This document shows, piece by piece, positions 46,821-58,078 of a DNA stretch of 64,000 bases. The stretch is taken from positions 105,521-169,520 of the forward strand of contig CAZBVQ010000001.1 in assembly GCA_964495685.1 (NCBI GenBank), given 5' to 3'. The translations under genes were made by a program, and so were the position numbers. The DNA is from an uncultured Candidatus Saccharibacteria bacterium (GTDB lineage Bacteria > Patescibacteriota > Minisyncoccia > Phycocordibacterales > PALSA-1337). The notes beneath the pieces were generated by a model. It worked only from the letters and a program-made list of their open reading frames with translations, was not told the DNA's origin and did not search any database. Numbering within the stretch: position 1 is the first letter of the stretch; the number at the start of each line of letters is the position of its first letter.

Positions 46821-47799
46821 CTGGTATGGTTTATACATGAATCTACGTATTGCAGAGCATCCGTTATTTGTCGGTCTGGCAGCCACCGCTCTTGTCTCGT
46901 GTCTCGCTGGCTACATCGCACATGAAGAAAGTCGAGCGCCGCTACTCGAGATATACGTGATTGCTTTGAAGGGAGGTCGAGCGGTGTTCATCCGTACGCC
47001 AGATGATCAGCGCATTCTGGTCAATGGCGGCCAGAATAGTGAGATCGTCAAACAGATCACCAACGTACTACCATTTTATTCCCGTCGGATCGATACGGTC
47101 ATTGCGACAGATACGGATCTCAAGAATGTCACGGGGCTCATAGACATTATTGGACGTTACGATGTACGACACGCTTATTTTCCTCGATACACACTAGACA
47201 ATATCGGGCTGGCGAGTACCACTGGTCCGAGTTTTCAGGTATTCACGTCTTCGCTCGCAGAAAAGCAAGTCAATGTACGCGAGATAGGTGCCGGAGATCA
47301 GGTGCGCATTTCTGGTCTGGAAGGTGTGACACCAGAGCCGTCGCCACCAGTTACGCTTCACGCTCTTTTTCCTGTTGATCCATCCGTATTCAGCTACTCC
47401 AAGGCTAGTCCGCCACAGATCATTTTCACTATTGAGCACGGCATGAATCGATTCACATTTGTGGACGATGCGTCTGTGAAAGTACAAAAGACTATTGCGA
47501 ATTCTACGACTACAAAGCAGTTATTTGATATGGATGACCTCGACTCTATTTTGATCACATCCAAAGCGGGGAAAATAGGAGATAGTGCAGCGGAACTGAT
47601 CAAGATCATTCAGCCAAGCTGGCTTATATTCGAACAAACAATCTCGGCCAAATCCTCGAGCGCTTCATCGGCAAAAGCACAGAAGAAAGCTGATCCTCTG
47701 GCGGGCATTCTGTTGGGCCATAGATTCAATGTACGTGCACTCAAAGTGGTCAGGATACTTTCTGATGGTGTGACGGTGGAAATAGAAACGACCCCGTGA
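46810..47799 (+). CDS. ComEC C-terminal metallo-beta-lactamase-like domain protein, apparently degenerate (no HxHxDH seen)
   Basis: LEIYVIALKGGRAVFIRTPDDQRILVNGGQNS...IDTVIATDTDLKNVTGL parallels the ComEC MBL domain start (fDVGQGda.li..p.g..lLiDgG....lvlTH.D.DH) with the metal ligands replaced. The ORF-track start is TTG 46810; an ATG at 46837 is an alternative. Confidence 0.55.
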   Translation: MNSYWYGLYMNLRIAEHPLFVGLAATALVSCLAGYIAHEESRAPLLEIYVIALKGGRAVFIRTPDDQRILVNGGQNSEIVKQITNVLPFYSRRIDTVIATDTDLKNVTGLIDIIGRYDVRHAYFPRYTLDNIGLASTTGPSFQVFTSSLAEKQVNVREIGAGDQVRISGLEGVTPEPSPPVTLHALFPVDPSVFSYSKASPPQIIFTIEHGMNRFTFVDDASVKVQKTIANSTTTKQLFDMDDLDSILITSKAGKIGDSAAELIKIIQPSWLIFEQTISAKSSSASSAKAQKKADPLAGILLGHRFNVRALKVVRILSDGVTVEIETTP

Positions 47800-47817
47800 G
47801 GACGGGGCCGGGCGTAA

Positions 47818-48327
47818 TTATTTGAGATTGCTTATGCGTACACTGAGTACGTCGCCTCGGTTCTTACCACAAGTTATGTGCACGAGACGGCGTTTGTGTT
47901 TGAGCAGAACGTCGGTGTACCACTGTTTTTCACCGGGCATCTTGTCCCAAGGGAAAGCTGAGAACTTCAAGAATTTGAGCCAGTGGAACTCACCACTTTT
48001 ATTTTTGAGGTGGCCAGTCCATTCTGTGAATAGAATCATATCAACAATGAACTTTGTCCGGCTCGCAATAATCTTGACGCGCAATTGTGCGACACGCATG
48101 CCGTTAAGTGGGACGAGAGCGGCCTCCTCTTTGATTTCACGTTTACATCCAGTGATGATGCCGAGGTCGTTTTCTTCGAGATGCCCTCCTACTGGCATTA
48201 CCAAATCACCGACGACACCACTGGTACGTAATCCAAGAAGCATCGAAGGGTCGGTACTATGGTGGTGCTTCACCAGGAGTCCTGCTACCAAATGGATGTG
48301 CTTCCATGGTTTGTGTGCGGTTTTCAT
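47818..48327 (-). CDS. NUDIX hydrolase
   Basis: Nudix box GGHLEENDLGIITGCKREIKEEAAL. Confidence 0.8.
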   Translation of the reverse strand: MKTAHKPWKHIHLVAGLLVKHHHSTDPSMLLGLRTSGVVGDLVMPVGGHLEENDLGIITGCKREIKEEAALVPLNGMRVAQLRVKIIASRTKFIVDMILFTEWTGHLKNKSGEFHWLKFLKFSAFPWDKMPGEKQWYTDVLLKHKRRLVHITCGKNRGDVLSVRISNLK

Positions 48328-48365
48328 ATTCGTTACTAGTGTACTCTTTTATAATTTGGACGCAA

Positions 48366-48396
48366 CAAAAAACCCAGCTTCTGTGCCGGGTTTTTG
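48366..48396 (-). terminator. intrinsic terminator downstream of rpmB
   Basis: aaaaaacccagc-ttctgt-gccgggttttt. Confidence 0.75.
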
Positions 48397-48408
48397 TTGA
48401 GGATATCT

Positions 48409-48648
48409 TTATATAATTCCCGCTTTCTTGAGAGTCTTGAATGCGCCGTTCTTCTGGATAGTGCGGAGACCGCGTGCCGAGACGGTGATGCGGACACTCT
48501 TCTTGATTTCAGGGACGTAGATGGTCTTTTTCTGGAGATTCGGATAACGACGAATCTTGCCGCAAGGATTGAACTGCGTTGCACGGGTAGCGTTCGAGTA
48601 GCGACCACCGCTCACTGAACCACGCTTAGTTATTGCACAGATTTGGGC
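48409..48648 (-). CDS. rpmB: 50S ribosomal protein L28
   Basis: MAQICAITKRGSVSGGRYSNATRATQFNPCGKIRRYPNLQKK; start at the internal Met of the longer ORF. Confidence 0.85.
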   Translation of the reverse strand, partial: AQICAITKRGSVSGGRYSNATRATQFNPCGKIRRYPNLQKKTIYVPEIKKSVRITVSARGLRTIQKNGAFKTLKKAGII

Positions 48649-48667
48649 CATAAAAGTAGTAGGCAGT

Positions 48668-49315
48668 ATGGTATCATGGGATACGCAAAGTCGCAAGTCC
48701 AATACCATGTTTACCATCCTATCCGTCGTTATCCTCATATTGTCAGTTATTATTCATGAAGTATGTCATGGCTACATGGCTGATCGCCTCGGCGACCCTA
48801 CTGCTCGTTTGCAGGGGAGACTCACTCTCAATCCGATCAAGCACATTGATCCTATCGGCTCAATTGTGGTTCCACTCATTACTTCAATGGCTGGGTTTAC
48901 ATTTGGTTGGGCCAAGCCTGTGCCATATGAGCCACGGAATCTCAGAAACAAGCGATCGGGTGAATTCCTGATAGCGCTTGCCGGTCCTGTGTCCAATCTG
49001 GCAATTGCACTCATATTCGGGTTGCTCATCCGTTTCATCCAACAAGGCACTATGACACCAGTCATTGAAATCTCGGCCTATATCGTTCTTGTCAACATTG
49101 TCTTGGCCGTCTTCAACCTCATTCCGATACCACCACTTGATGGTTCCAAGCTCCTGTTTTCTCTATTGCCCAATCAGTATGGTCGTCTGCGTATGCAATT
49201 GGAATCGTTCGCCCCAATTCTTATCGTGGTCGTCGCGTTTTTCTTGTGGAGGTTCATTTCACCGGTAATATGGCCTATTTTCGAGGCTTTTACAGGCATT
49301 GGATTTGGCGGGTAG
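48668..49315 (+). CDS. site-2 protease family (M50) membrane zinc metalloprotease
   Basis: HEXXH in the first TM (IHEVCHGYMA) and LDGSKL (LDG) motif; an alternative start at Met 48707. Confidence 0.7.
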   Translation: MVSWDTQSRKSNTMFTILSVVILILSVIIHEVCHGYMADRLGDPTARLQGRLTLNPIKHIDPIGSIVVPLITSMAGFTFGWAKPVPYEPRNLRNKRSGEFLIALAGPVSNLAIALIFGLLIRFIQQGTMTPVIEISAYIVLVNIVLAVFNLIPIPPLDGSKLLFSLLPNQYGRLRMQLESFAPILIVVVAFFLWRFISPVIWPIFEAFTGIGFGG

Positions 49316-49530
49316 ACAATTCAAGTTATATCGTGTGTAAGTGGCGGCGCAATTTTATTTGCCAGAATCTATTTCTCATGCTAAGGTAACCCCACTTTCC
49401 CCATCGAAGGGAAGTACATTAGTAACGGCAAGAATGAGTAATCGCCAAGGTTCGTTGTCTAGGCTCGGCTTGGACCACATCTCAAACCAACAGCGGTGAA
49501 GAATTCAGGATTGCCACCAATTTATTATTT

Positions 49531-49950
49531 ATGCCAACAATCAATCAGTTGACCAAGCGTTCACGCACCCGCTTCACACGCAAGTCGAAGTCGGTTGCCC
49601 TGACGCGCACATTCAACACCATCAAGAACCACCCGGTATTTTTCCCGGCTCCGTTCAAGCGAGGTGTATGTGTCAAAGTTACTACCAAGACCCCGAAGAA
49701 GCCGAACTCAGCTATCCGCAAGATCGCTCGTGTCCGTCTCTCGAACGGTATGGAAGTCACCGCTTACGTTCCTGGTGAAGGTCACAACCTTCAGGAACAC
49801 TCAGTGGTACTCCTCCGTGGTGGCCGCGTCAAGGACGTAGGTCTCCGCTATTCAGTCGTCCGTGGCGTGCTCGATGCAGCTGGTGTCGAGAAGCGCAGGA
49901 AAGGTCGAAGTCAGTACGGTAACAAGAAGCCTAAAGCAGCTAAAGCCTAA
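49531..49950 (+). CDS. rpsL: 30S ribosomal protein S12
   Basis: MPTINQL..., PKKPNSA.RK..RVRL.NG motif. Confidence 0.95.
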   Translation: MPTINQLTKRSRTRFTRKSKSVALTRTFNTIKNHPVFFPAPFKRGVCVKVTTKTPKKPNSAIRKIARVRLSNGMEVTAYVPGEGHNLQEHSVVLLRGGRVKDVGLRYSVVRGVLDAAGVEKRRKGRSQYGNKKPKAAKA

Positions 49951-49956
49951 ACTACC

Positions 49957-50427
49957 ATGCGAAGAAAACTCAACATCAAAAGGGAATTGAAGCCAGATAT
50001 TGGCTATCAATCACTCAAGCTCGGTAAGTTCACCAATTACATTATGGAGTCTGGCAAGAAGACGGTTGCTCGCGGTATTGTTGCTGACTGCATGAATACA
50101 ATCAAAGAGAAGATGAAGACTGAGACGCCTCTCGAAGTATTTGAGGCCGCTCTCAAAAACACCATGCCACTCATGGAAGTTCGTTCTCGCCGTGTCGGTG
50201 GTGCCAACTATCAGGTTCCTCGTGAAGTCCGCCCAGAACGTCGCTCAGCCCTCTCAATGAAATGGATTGTCGAGGCCGCTCGTGCCAAGAAGGGCAAGCC
50301 GATTGCTGAGAAGCTTGCTGACGAGATCATTGCCGCCTCCAAGAATGAGGGCGAGGCTATCAAGAAGCGCGAAAACATGCACAAGATGGCAGAGGCCAAC
50401 AAGGCGTTTGCTCACTTTGCGTGGTAA
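49957..50427 (+). CDS. rpsG: 30S ribosomal protein S7
   Basis: Canonical S7 blocks (VFEAALKNTMP.MEV.SRRVGGANYQVP). Confidence 0.95.
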   Translation: MRRKLNIKRELKPDIGYQSLKLGKFTNYIMESGKKTVARGIVADCMNTIKEKMKTETPLEVFEAALKNTMPLMEVRSRRVGGANYQVPREVRPERRSALSMKWIVEAARAKKGKPIAEKLADEIIAASKNEGEAIKKRENMHKMAEANKAFAHFAW

Positions 50428-50455
50428 CTTTCGTCTGGTTTTTATCTAAAATACA

Positions 50456-50484
50456 GAAGCGCGGTCATTTTGCCGCGCTTTTGC
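50456..50484 (+). terminator. intrinsic terminator after rpsG
   Basis: agcgcgg-tcatttt-gccgcgcttttg. Confidence 0.65.
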
Positions 50485-50516
50485 TATACTATATCCATAT
50501 CAACTAACTCATTTAC

Positions 50517-51209
50517 ATGAAGTCACGTAACTACAAGATCTTTCTTCTCATTGTATTTGTTCTTGTGTGGGTCTGGGCGGCCTGGGACCCGACATATCGC
50601 CATGATTGGTTGCTCGAAAACTATCTTGTATTTATATTCGTGCCTATTTTGCTTATCACGGGACGATGGTTCAAACTCTCAAATATTTCCTACACACTGA
50701 TTACGGTATACATGATTCTCCATGTCATTGGATCTCACTATACGTATTCAGAAGTTCCATTCGGGTACACGTTGCAAGAATGGTTGGGCGCGAGCCGCAA
50801 CATGTATGATCGCCTCGTGCACTTCTCCTACGGATTCCTCTTGGCATATCCCGTGAGAGAAGTGTTCATGCGTCTCGCACATGCCAAAGGCATCTGGGGA
50901 TACTTTTTTCCTGTCGATATTACCTTCGCGCTCTCGGCTGTCTACGAAATTATCGAGTGGCGCACAGCAGCGAATGTCGATCTCTCGGCTGGCTTGGCAT
51001 TCCTGGGATCTCAGGGTGACATTTGGGACGCCCAAAAAGATATGCTCATGGCGGGTATCGGCGCTATCCTAGCCATGTTGATCGTATTCATCGTCAACGC
51101 TTCATTCCAGAAAGGATTCTGGCGTGATCTCTGGGAATCGCTCAAACCGCGCAGAGCTGATGGTCCGCTCGGAGAGAAGAAGTTAGCAGAATATTTGAAG
51201 GGGAGGTAA
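50517..51209 (+). CDS. polytopic membrane protein, YjdF/DUF2238- or VanZ-like (tentative)
   Basis: About 6 TM; conserved-looking HVIGSHYTYSEVPFG and YEIIEW....D...G.....D.WDAQKDMLMAGIGA C-terminal pattern. Confidence 0.4.
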   Translation: MKSRNYKIFLLIVFVLVWVWAAWDPTYRHDWLLENYLVFIFVPILLITGRWFKLSNISYTLITVYMILHVIGSHYTYSEVPFGYTLQEWLGASRNMYDRLVHFSYGFLLAYPVREVFMRLAHAKGIWGYFFPVDITFALSAVYEIIEWRTAANVDLSAGLAFLGSQGDIWDAQKDMLMAGIGAILAMLIVFIVNASFQKGFWRDLWESLKPRRADGPLGEKKLAEYLKGR

Positions 51210-51231
51210 AAGTGTCCACATACGTAGGATT

Positions 51232-51699
51232 TTGTTGGTGCGTTGCAAGAAAGTGATGTTGGATAGTGTGTTGGCGGAGTTGTATCAAGTTGATACGAAA
51301 ACATTAAATAGGTCAGTACAGCGTAACCTGAAGCGTTTTCCGGCCGACTTCATGTTTCAACTCAATGGGTCTGAGATAAAAAACTTGAAGTACCAAATTG
51401 GTACTTCAAGTTGGGGTGGTCGTCGCAAACAGCCCTATGTATTCACGGAGCTCGGTGTCGCCATGCTTTCTTCTGTTCTCCATAGTGATCGTGCTGTACA
51501 GATGAACATATTCATCATGCGCGCATTCGTGCAGTTGCGAGAATTGATCGCTACCAACAAAGAAGTGGCGACTCGGATGGACGCACTCGAGCGGAGGCAA
51601 GATAAGCAGAGTGAGCATCTCGTAGCGATTTCTACTGCCTTGAAAAAGTTGGCTGATGAACCGGTCAGACCGAAGGGGAGGATGGGGTTTGAGAGGTAA
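51232..51699 (+). CDS. ORF6N-domain protein (KilA-N/Rha antirepressor-like, phage-associated family)
   Basis: KVMLDSVLAELYQVDTKTLNRSVQRNLKRFPADFMFQL...GGRRKQPYVFTELGVAMLSSVLHSDRAVQMNIFIMRAFVQLR matches the ORF6N consensus. The start codon is uncertain (TTG); upstream in-frame codons continue the domain to a stop at 51196. Confidence 0.7.
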   Translation: MLVRCKKVMLDSVLAELYQVDTKTLNRSVQRNLKRFPADFMFQLNGSEIKNLKYQIGTSSWGGRRKQPYVFTELGVAMLSSVLHSDRAVQMNIFIMRAFVQLRELIATNKEVATRMDALERRQDKQSEHLVAISTALKKLADEPVRPKGRMGFER

Positions 51700-51735
51700 T
51701 AATATGTGTTAAACTGTCATTGGAACAGGAATCTT

Positions 51736-51924
51736 ATGAGTGAAAAAAAGCAATCTCACGAAACCAGTGTACCGTTGTCAGGTTCAAGACTCAGTCCTGG
51801 AGAGTACACAGAATTACTTCAGGAGCTTATCGATGCCCGAGATCGTGTCCTCAGGCAGTTTGAGGACAGGTGGATCTATATCCCTCGAGGGGCAAAGGTT
51901 TACTACGGCCATTTTGGGGTTTGA
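51736..51924 (+). CDS. hypothetical small protein (62 aa)
   Basis: ORF between the ORF6N gene and a terminator; weak evidence. Confidence 0.3.
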   Translation: MSEKKQSHETSVPLSGSRLSPGEYTELLQELIDARDRVLRQFEDRWIYIPRGAKVYYGHFGV

Positions 51925-51944
51925 CCCAGTAAGGATGGGCATTG

Positions 51945-51973
51945 CAGGGCGAGGGCAGTTCCTCGCTTTTTTA
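51945..51973 (+). terminator. intrinsic terminator
   Basis: gcgagg-gcagtt-cctcgctttttta. Confidence 0.65.
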
Positions 51974-52098
51974 TTTGATTATTTAGCCATTTTCCCTTAT
52001 AGTATGCCTTATCAAGAAGCTCTCAAGCTTTTTTAATTATCACTAATTTTTCGGCCACTTTTATCAATTAACGGCCTATAGTATTAGTCAATCTATTT

Positions 52099-54243
<2,145 letters not shown>

Positions 54244-54321
54244 CGTACTTGCCCTGCGTAGCTCGAGCTTGTGAGAGCGAAGCGGGGAGAAAAGGAAGTA
54301 AAACACATAAAGGTACCAACA

Positions 54322-54358
54322 GGAAGTCCCAAGTCGCAAGATTCGGGACTTCTTTGTC
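54322..54358 (+). terminator. hairpin terminator candidate after fusA
   Basis: gaagtccc-aagtcgcaagattc-gggacttctttgtc (long loop). Confidence 0.45.
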
Positions 54359-54658
54359 GCTGAATTATGCAGGGATACCTGTTGATAACTCACCCTTGTC
54401 GAAAAGTGAGGGTAAGCTATAATATTCTCACTACCCAAGGACGTGTCTCGGAGGAGACAGGTCTTTTCTTTTTGTCTCGTTCTTATCAGGTTCGTTAATA
54501 ACCACCATATGCAATTGCATAGATCAATGTTCGGGCAAGATGTTAAGTATCTACTCGCACTCTCATTGCTGGCATGGATGACATTCTCGTTACCGTCTGT
54601 CCAAGCGGCTCTGATCGGATAGTTCTTTGTTCAATTACTAATTTATCATTCTATCTTC

Positions 54659-56533
54659 ATGATACACATGAGAAGACTGATTGTTCCGATATCGTTTGCA
54701 GTCATGGGACTCGCAGTTGCGGCCATGCTTCCTGCGCTCGTATCGGCACAAACTACTGATCGGGAAGCTCGTTCATGTTACACGTTCTCATATAACATGG
54801 GTGTCGGAAGCAGTCGATCAGAAGACGTTACTCGTCTAAGTGCCGCCCTTAATACAGAAGGCCTTATGACGGGCAAAACAGATACATTCGATGAGGAGAT
54901 AGCTGCGGCCGTGGTCAAGTTCCAGGCAAAATACGGTATTCCAACCACCGGATATGTCGGACCATTGACGCGCGCTAAGCTTAATTCTCTGTATGGCTGT
55001 GGATCGCAGGGAAGTACGAGCTCGGTTGCGGCGGCATGTCCTCCGGGATATGTTTGTACGCCTGCCAACCAGGTCAAATATACCTGCCCGCCAGGATACG
55101 TCTGTAATCCTGTCGGATCTAGCAACATTACATCGAATAATACATCCACCGATCATATTGGTGCCGTAAGTAGTACACAGACCGCGACGACATGTCCGGC
55201 GGGGTTCTTGTGCCAACCAAGTGGTTCTGGTCGTCCGGCCACCGAGAAGGGGAGAGCCGCGTATAATCTGTTCGTGACGTTGCTCCATCGTACTCCGGAC
55301 GTTAATATTCCTGATTGGAATTATTTCGAGAATTACTCGGGTTCCATAGATCAGATGAAACAGGAATTTATGTCGGGTATTGAGTATACGACCAAACAAA
55401 AAATATACGCCATCTTCCAGAGCTGTGGCAAATCAGCTCCAGATGATCTCCAGCTCACCAAGTGGTATTACGTATCCGAATATAATGGATACAATACCGA
55501 AGTTGTCCGTCAGGCTCTCGGGTGTTCATCGGTTACTATGTCGACACCTGTGCAGACAACAGTCTGTCCAGCTGGATTTACCTGTAATCCGACGACATCT
55601 ACACCTATTCAACCATCGTCGAAGCCGTTTATTGTGATCACCTCACCTACTGGTGGTGAATCATATCAGGTGGGCGGGCAGATAGCTGTCCGTTGGTATA
55701 GCGGGAGTATTTCATCGACGCAGTCGCTCGACGTGGTGCGCCTGCGCAGTGTTACTACAGGAGTAGAACACTACCTCGCGAATGGGGTTCTCAATGATGG
55801 TACTGAATCATTGACTTTGCCACCACTCGAAAGTGGGAAGTATACTCTTGAGATCAAGTCATCAGTACCAGGTGTGGCCGACGCCGTCATCGCGAGGAGC
55901 GCCCCATTTTATGTGGGATACTCATCCGAGCCAACGAAAGTTACTGGAATGGTCAAATGTGTCTTTAAAGGTTCATCCAAAGTCGAAGAGTGTTACTCGA
56001 CTGATGGCCGTTACCGCTTCAGTGGAGTAGAAACTGCAGGTGGCCAAGTCGGCGGTACAAAAGGTGCACAAATTACCTGGAAGAGTACCTGTGGCGGGTA
56101 TGCGTACACCACAAATGATGGTGGCAATGCGTACGCGAACTTCACTTGTTCCTCGGTAACACCTATTGCAGGGTCCCCGGTGGCAGCATTGACTATCGGG
56201 GGTGCACATAGTTACACCTACAGCGTCGGTCAAACAAATCACTATGAGTGGTCATCGGCTAATGCTGATTCATTCTCCTCATATTCGAAGGCAAATAATC
56301 CGACGCAATGTGGAGAGGGTCCGTGGGTTGCCAACACTGATCACGGCACTTCTGACACATATATAGGTCGTCAATGGGCAGGATGTGTCTGGACTGTGAC
56401 ATATGTGGTCAAAAATAGCAGTACGGGCAAGACGGCCTCGGATACTGTGGTCGTCACGATCAATCCGGTCGAGGCGTCAGTCACGTCTGATGCTGTCCAG
56501 CCGCAAACGAGTACTTCCAATCTGCCTTATTAG
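54659..56533 (+). CDS. secreted cell-surface protein with peptidoglycan-binding-like domain and Cys-containing CPxG[YF]xC repeats
   Basis: Signal peptide MIHMRRLIVPISFAVMGLAVAAMLPALVSA; FDEEIAAAVVKFQAKYGIPTTGYVGPLTRAKL (PG_binding_1-like); repeats CPPGYVCTP, CPPGYVCNP, CPAGFLCQP, CPAGFTCNP; a DUF4214-like segment (TLLHRTPDVNIPDWNYF). Confidence 0.6.
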   Translation: MIHMRRLIVPISFAVMGLAVAAMLPALVSAQTTDREARSCYTFSYNMGVGSSRSEDVTRLSAALNTEGLMTGKTDTFDEEIAAAVVKFQAKYGIPTTGYVGPLTRAKLNSLYGCGSQGSTSSVAAACPPGYVCTPANQVKYTCPPGYVCNPVGSSNITSNNTSTDHIGAVSSTQTATTCPAGFLCQPSGSGRPATEKGRAAYNLFVTLLHRTPDVNIPDWNYFENYSGSIDQMKQEFMSGIEYTTKQKIYAIFQSCGKSAPDDLQLTKWYYVSEYNGYNTEVVRQALGCSSVTMSTPVQTTVCPAGFTCNPTTSTPIQPSSKPFIVITSPTGGESYQVGGQIAVRWYSGSISSTQSLDVVRLRSVTTGVEHYLANGVLNDGTESLTLPPLESGKYTLEIKSSVPGVADAVIARSAPFYVGYSSEPTKVTGMVKCVFKGSSKVEECYSTDGRYRFSGVETAGGQVGGTKGAQITWKSTCGGYAYTTNDGGNAYANFTCSSVTPIAGSPVAALTIGGAHSYTYSVGQTNHYEWSSANADSFSSYSKANNPTQCGEGPWVANTDHGTSDTYIGRQWAGCVWTVTYVVKNSSTGKTASDTVVVTINPVEASVTSDAVQPQTSTSNLPY

Positions 56534-56570
56534 AATCGCTCTGCGTCGACAGCGAATATAACCTCTAATC

Positions 56571-56600
56571 AAAACCCCCGCATCATTGCGGGGGTTTTTC
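56571..56600 (+). terminator. intrinsic terminator
   Basis: aaaacccccgc-atcatt-gcgggggttttt. Confidence 0.8.
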
Positions 56601-56620
56601 ATACGCGGTACACTGGTGCC

Positions 56621-57217
56621 ATGAATACACCACAAGCTTTCATCTTCATTGGACGGTCTGGTTGCGGCAAGGGCACACAAGCGAAGCTACTGATGGATCT
56701 CTTGCAGAAGAAGATGCCTGATATCGAATCACTCTATATTCAGACGGGGCAGGAATTCCGTGAGCTGATCAAGAAGACTACAGCGACGGCCGAGAAAGCC
56801 AAGGCGATATATGATGTCGGTGGATTGGAACCGGAGTTCCTCACCGTCAATTTGTGGACGAGTGTACTCATGAATACATACAAGGGTAACCAGCATCTGG
56901 TACTCGATGGTACGCCTCGCAAGCTCCATGAAGCAGGCATTCTCCATTCATGCTTTGGTTTTTATGGTTTCGGCAAGCCGTGGGTCATCGATGTAGAGAT
57001 TAGTGAGGAGGAATCATTCAAGCGACTGATGGCCCGCAAACGTCTCGATGATACTGAAGAAGAAATCCGTAAGCGCATGGCATGGTATGAGACCGATGTC
57101 ATCCCTACACTCAGCTATTATGATGGCAATCCGGCCTATACATTCCTGAAAATATTCGGTGAGCGCAGCATTGACGAGGTTCACGCTGATATTGTGAAAA
57201 AGCTTGGGTTGGTGTAG
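56621..57217 (+). CDS. adk: adenylate kinase family protein (divergent P-loop)
   Basis: FIGRSGCGKGTQA P-loop region; overall adk-like length; sits next to map as in spc-operon ends. Confidence 0.8.
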   Translation: MNTPQAFIFIGRSGCGKGTQAKLLMDLLQKKMPDIESLYIQTGQEFRELIKKTTATAEKAKAIYDVGGLEPEFLTVNLWTSVLMNTYKGNQHLVLDGTPRKLHEAGILHSCFGFYGFGKPWVIDVEISEEESFKRLMARKRLDDTEEEIRKRMAWYETDVIPTLSYYDGNPAYTFLKIFGERSIDEVHADIVKKLGLV

Positions 57218-57228
57218 CGTAGAGGACA

Positions 57229-57996
57229 ATGATCAAACTTAAGACCAAAGAAGATATCGCCATCCTCCGCGAAGGGGGTAAGAGGCATGCGCGGATTCTC
57301 AAAGAATTGGCTGCTATGGTACGGGCTGGTCTCCCGATCGCTGAGCTCGATGCGCGTGCATTGCAACTTGTCCAGGAAGGTGGTGACGTTCCTGCCTTCC
57401 TCAACTATCAACCGTATGGTGCATCACGACCGTATCCAGCGACATTGTGCGTCTCAATCAACGACGAGATCGTTCATGGCATTCCGACGGAAGGCGATAA
57501 GGTCCTCAAAGAAGGCGATATTGTCAGTCTAGATTTGGGACTCATTCATCGGCAGCTGATTACAGATTCCGCTATCACCGTGCCTGTCGGCAAAGTGTCT
57601 GCGGAGAAGGCCAAGCTCCTCGAAATCACCCGAGAAGCGATGATGGCTGGTATCAAAGCGGCCAAGGGTGGTGCGCGTGTGGGAGATATCAGTGCCGCTA
57701 TTCAGCGTATAGGCGTCGCCCATGGATATGGTATTGTCGAAGAGTTGGCCGGCCACGGCGTTGGCTATCATGTCCACGAAGATCCCTACATACCCAATTT
57801 CGGTCATCCGGGCAAAGGTGAGATTCTTAGGCCGGGCATGGTGATCGCCATTGAGCCGATGTTCAATCTGGGTACCAAGAAAATCAAACTAGACACAGAC
57901 GGATACACCTATCGTACGACAGATGGTAAGGCGAGTGCGCACTTCGAACACACGGTAGTTATCACAAAAAGTGGGGCAGAAATATTGACTGCGTAA
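57229..57996 (+). CDS. map: methionine aminopeptidase, type I
   Basis: Metal-ligand blocks DIVSLDLG, GHGVGYHVHE, IAIEPM, EHTVVIT. Confidence 0.95.
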   Translation: MIKLKTKEDIAILREGGKRHARILKELAAMVRAGLPIAELDARALQLVQEGGDVPAFLNYQPYGASRPYPATLCVSINDEIVHGIPTEGDKVLKEGDIVSLDLGLIHRQLITDSAITVPVGKVSAEKAKLLEITREAMMAGIKAAKGGARVGDISAAIQRIGVAHGYGIVEELAGHGVGYHVHEDPYIPNFGHPGKGEILRPGMVIAIEPMFNLGTKKIKLDTDGYTYRTTDGKASAHFEHTVVITKSGAEILTA

Positions 57997-58078
57997 CAAG
58001 GTCGGTGACTCAGGCGGTACGCAGGATGGGGCATACTATCACTTGCGTAGCGTGTTCCTCGGGTATAGGATGTAGTGC

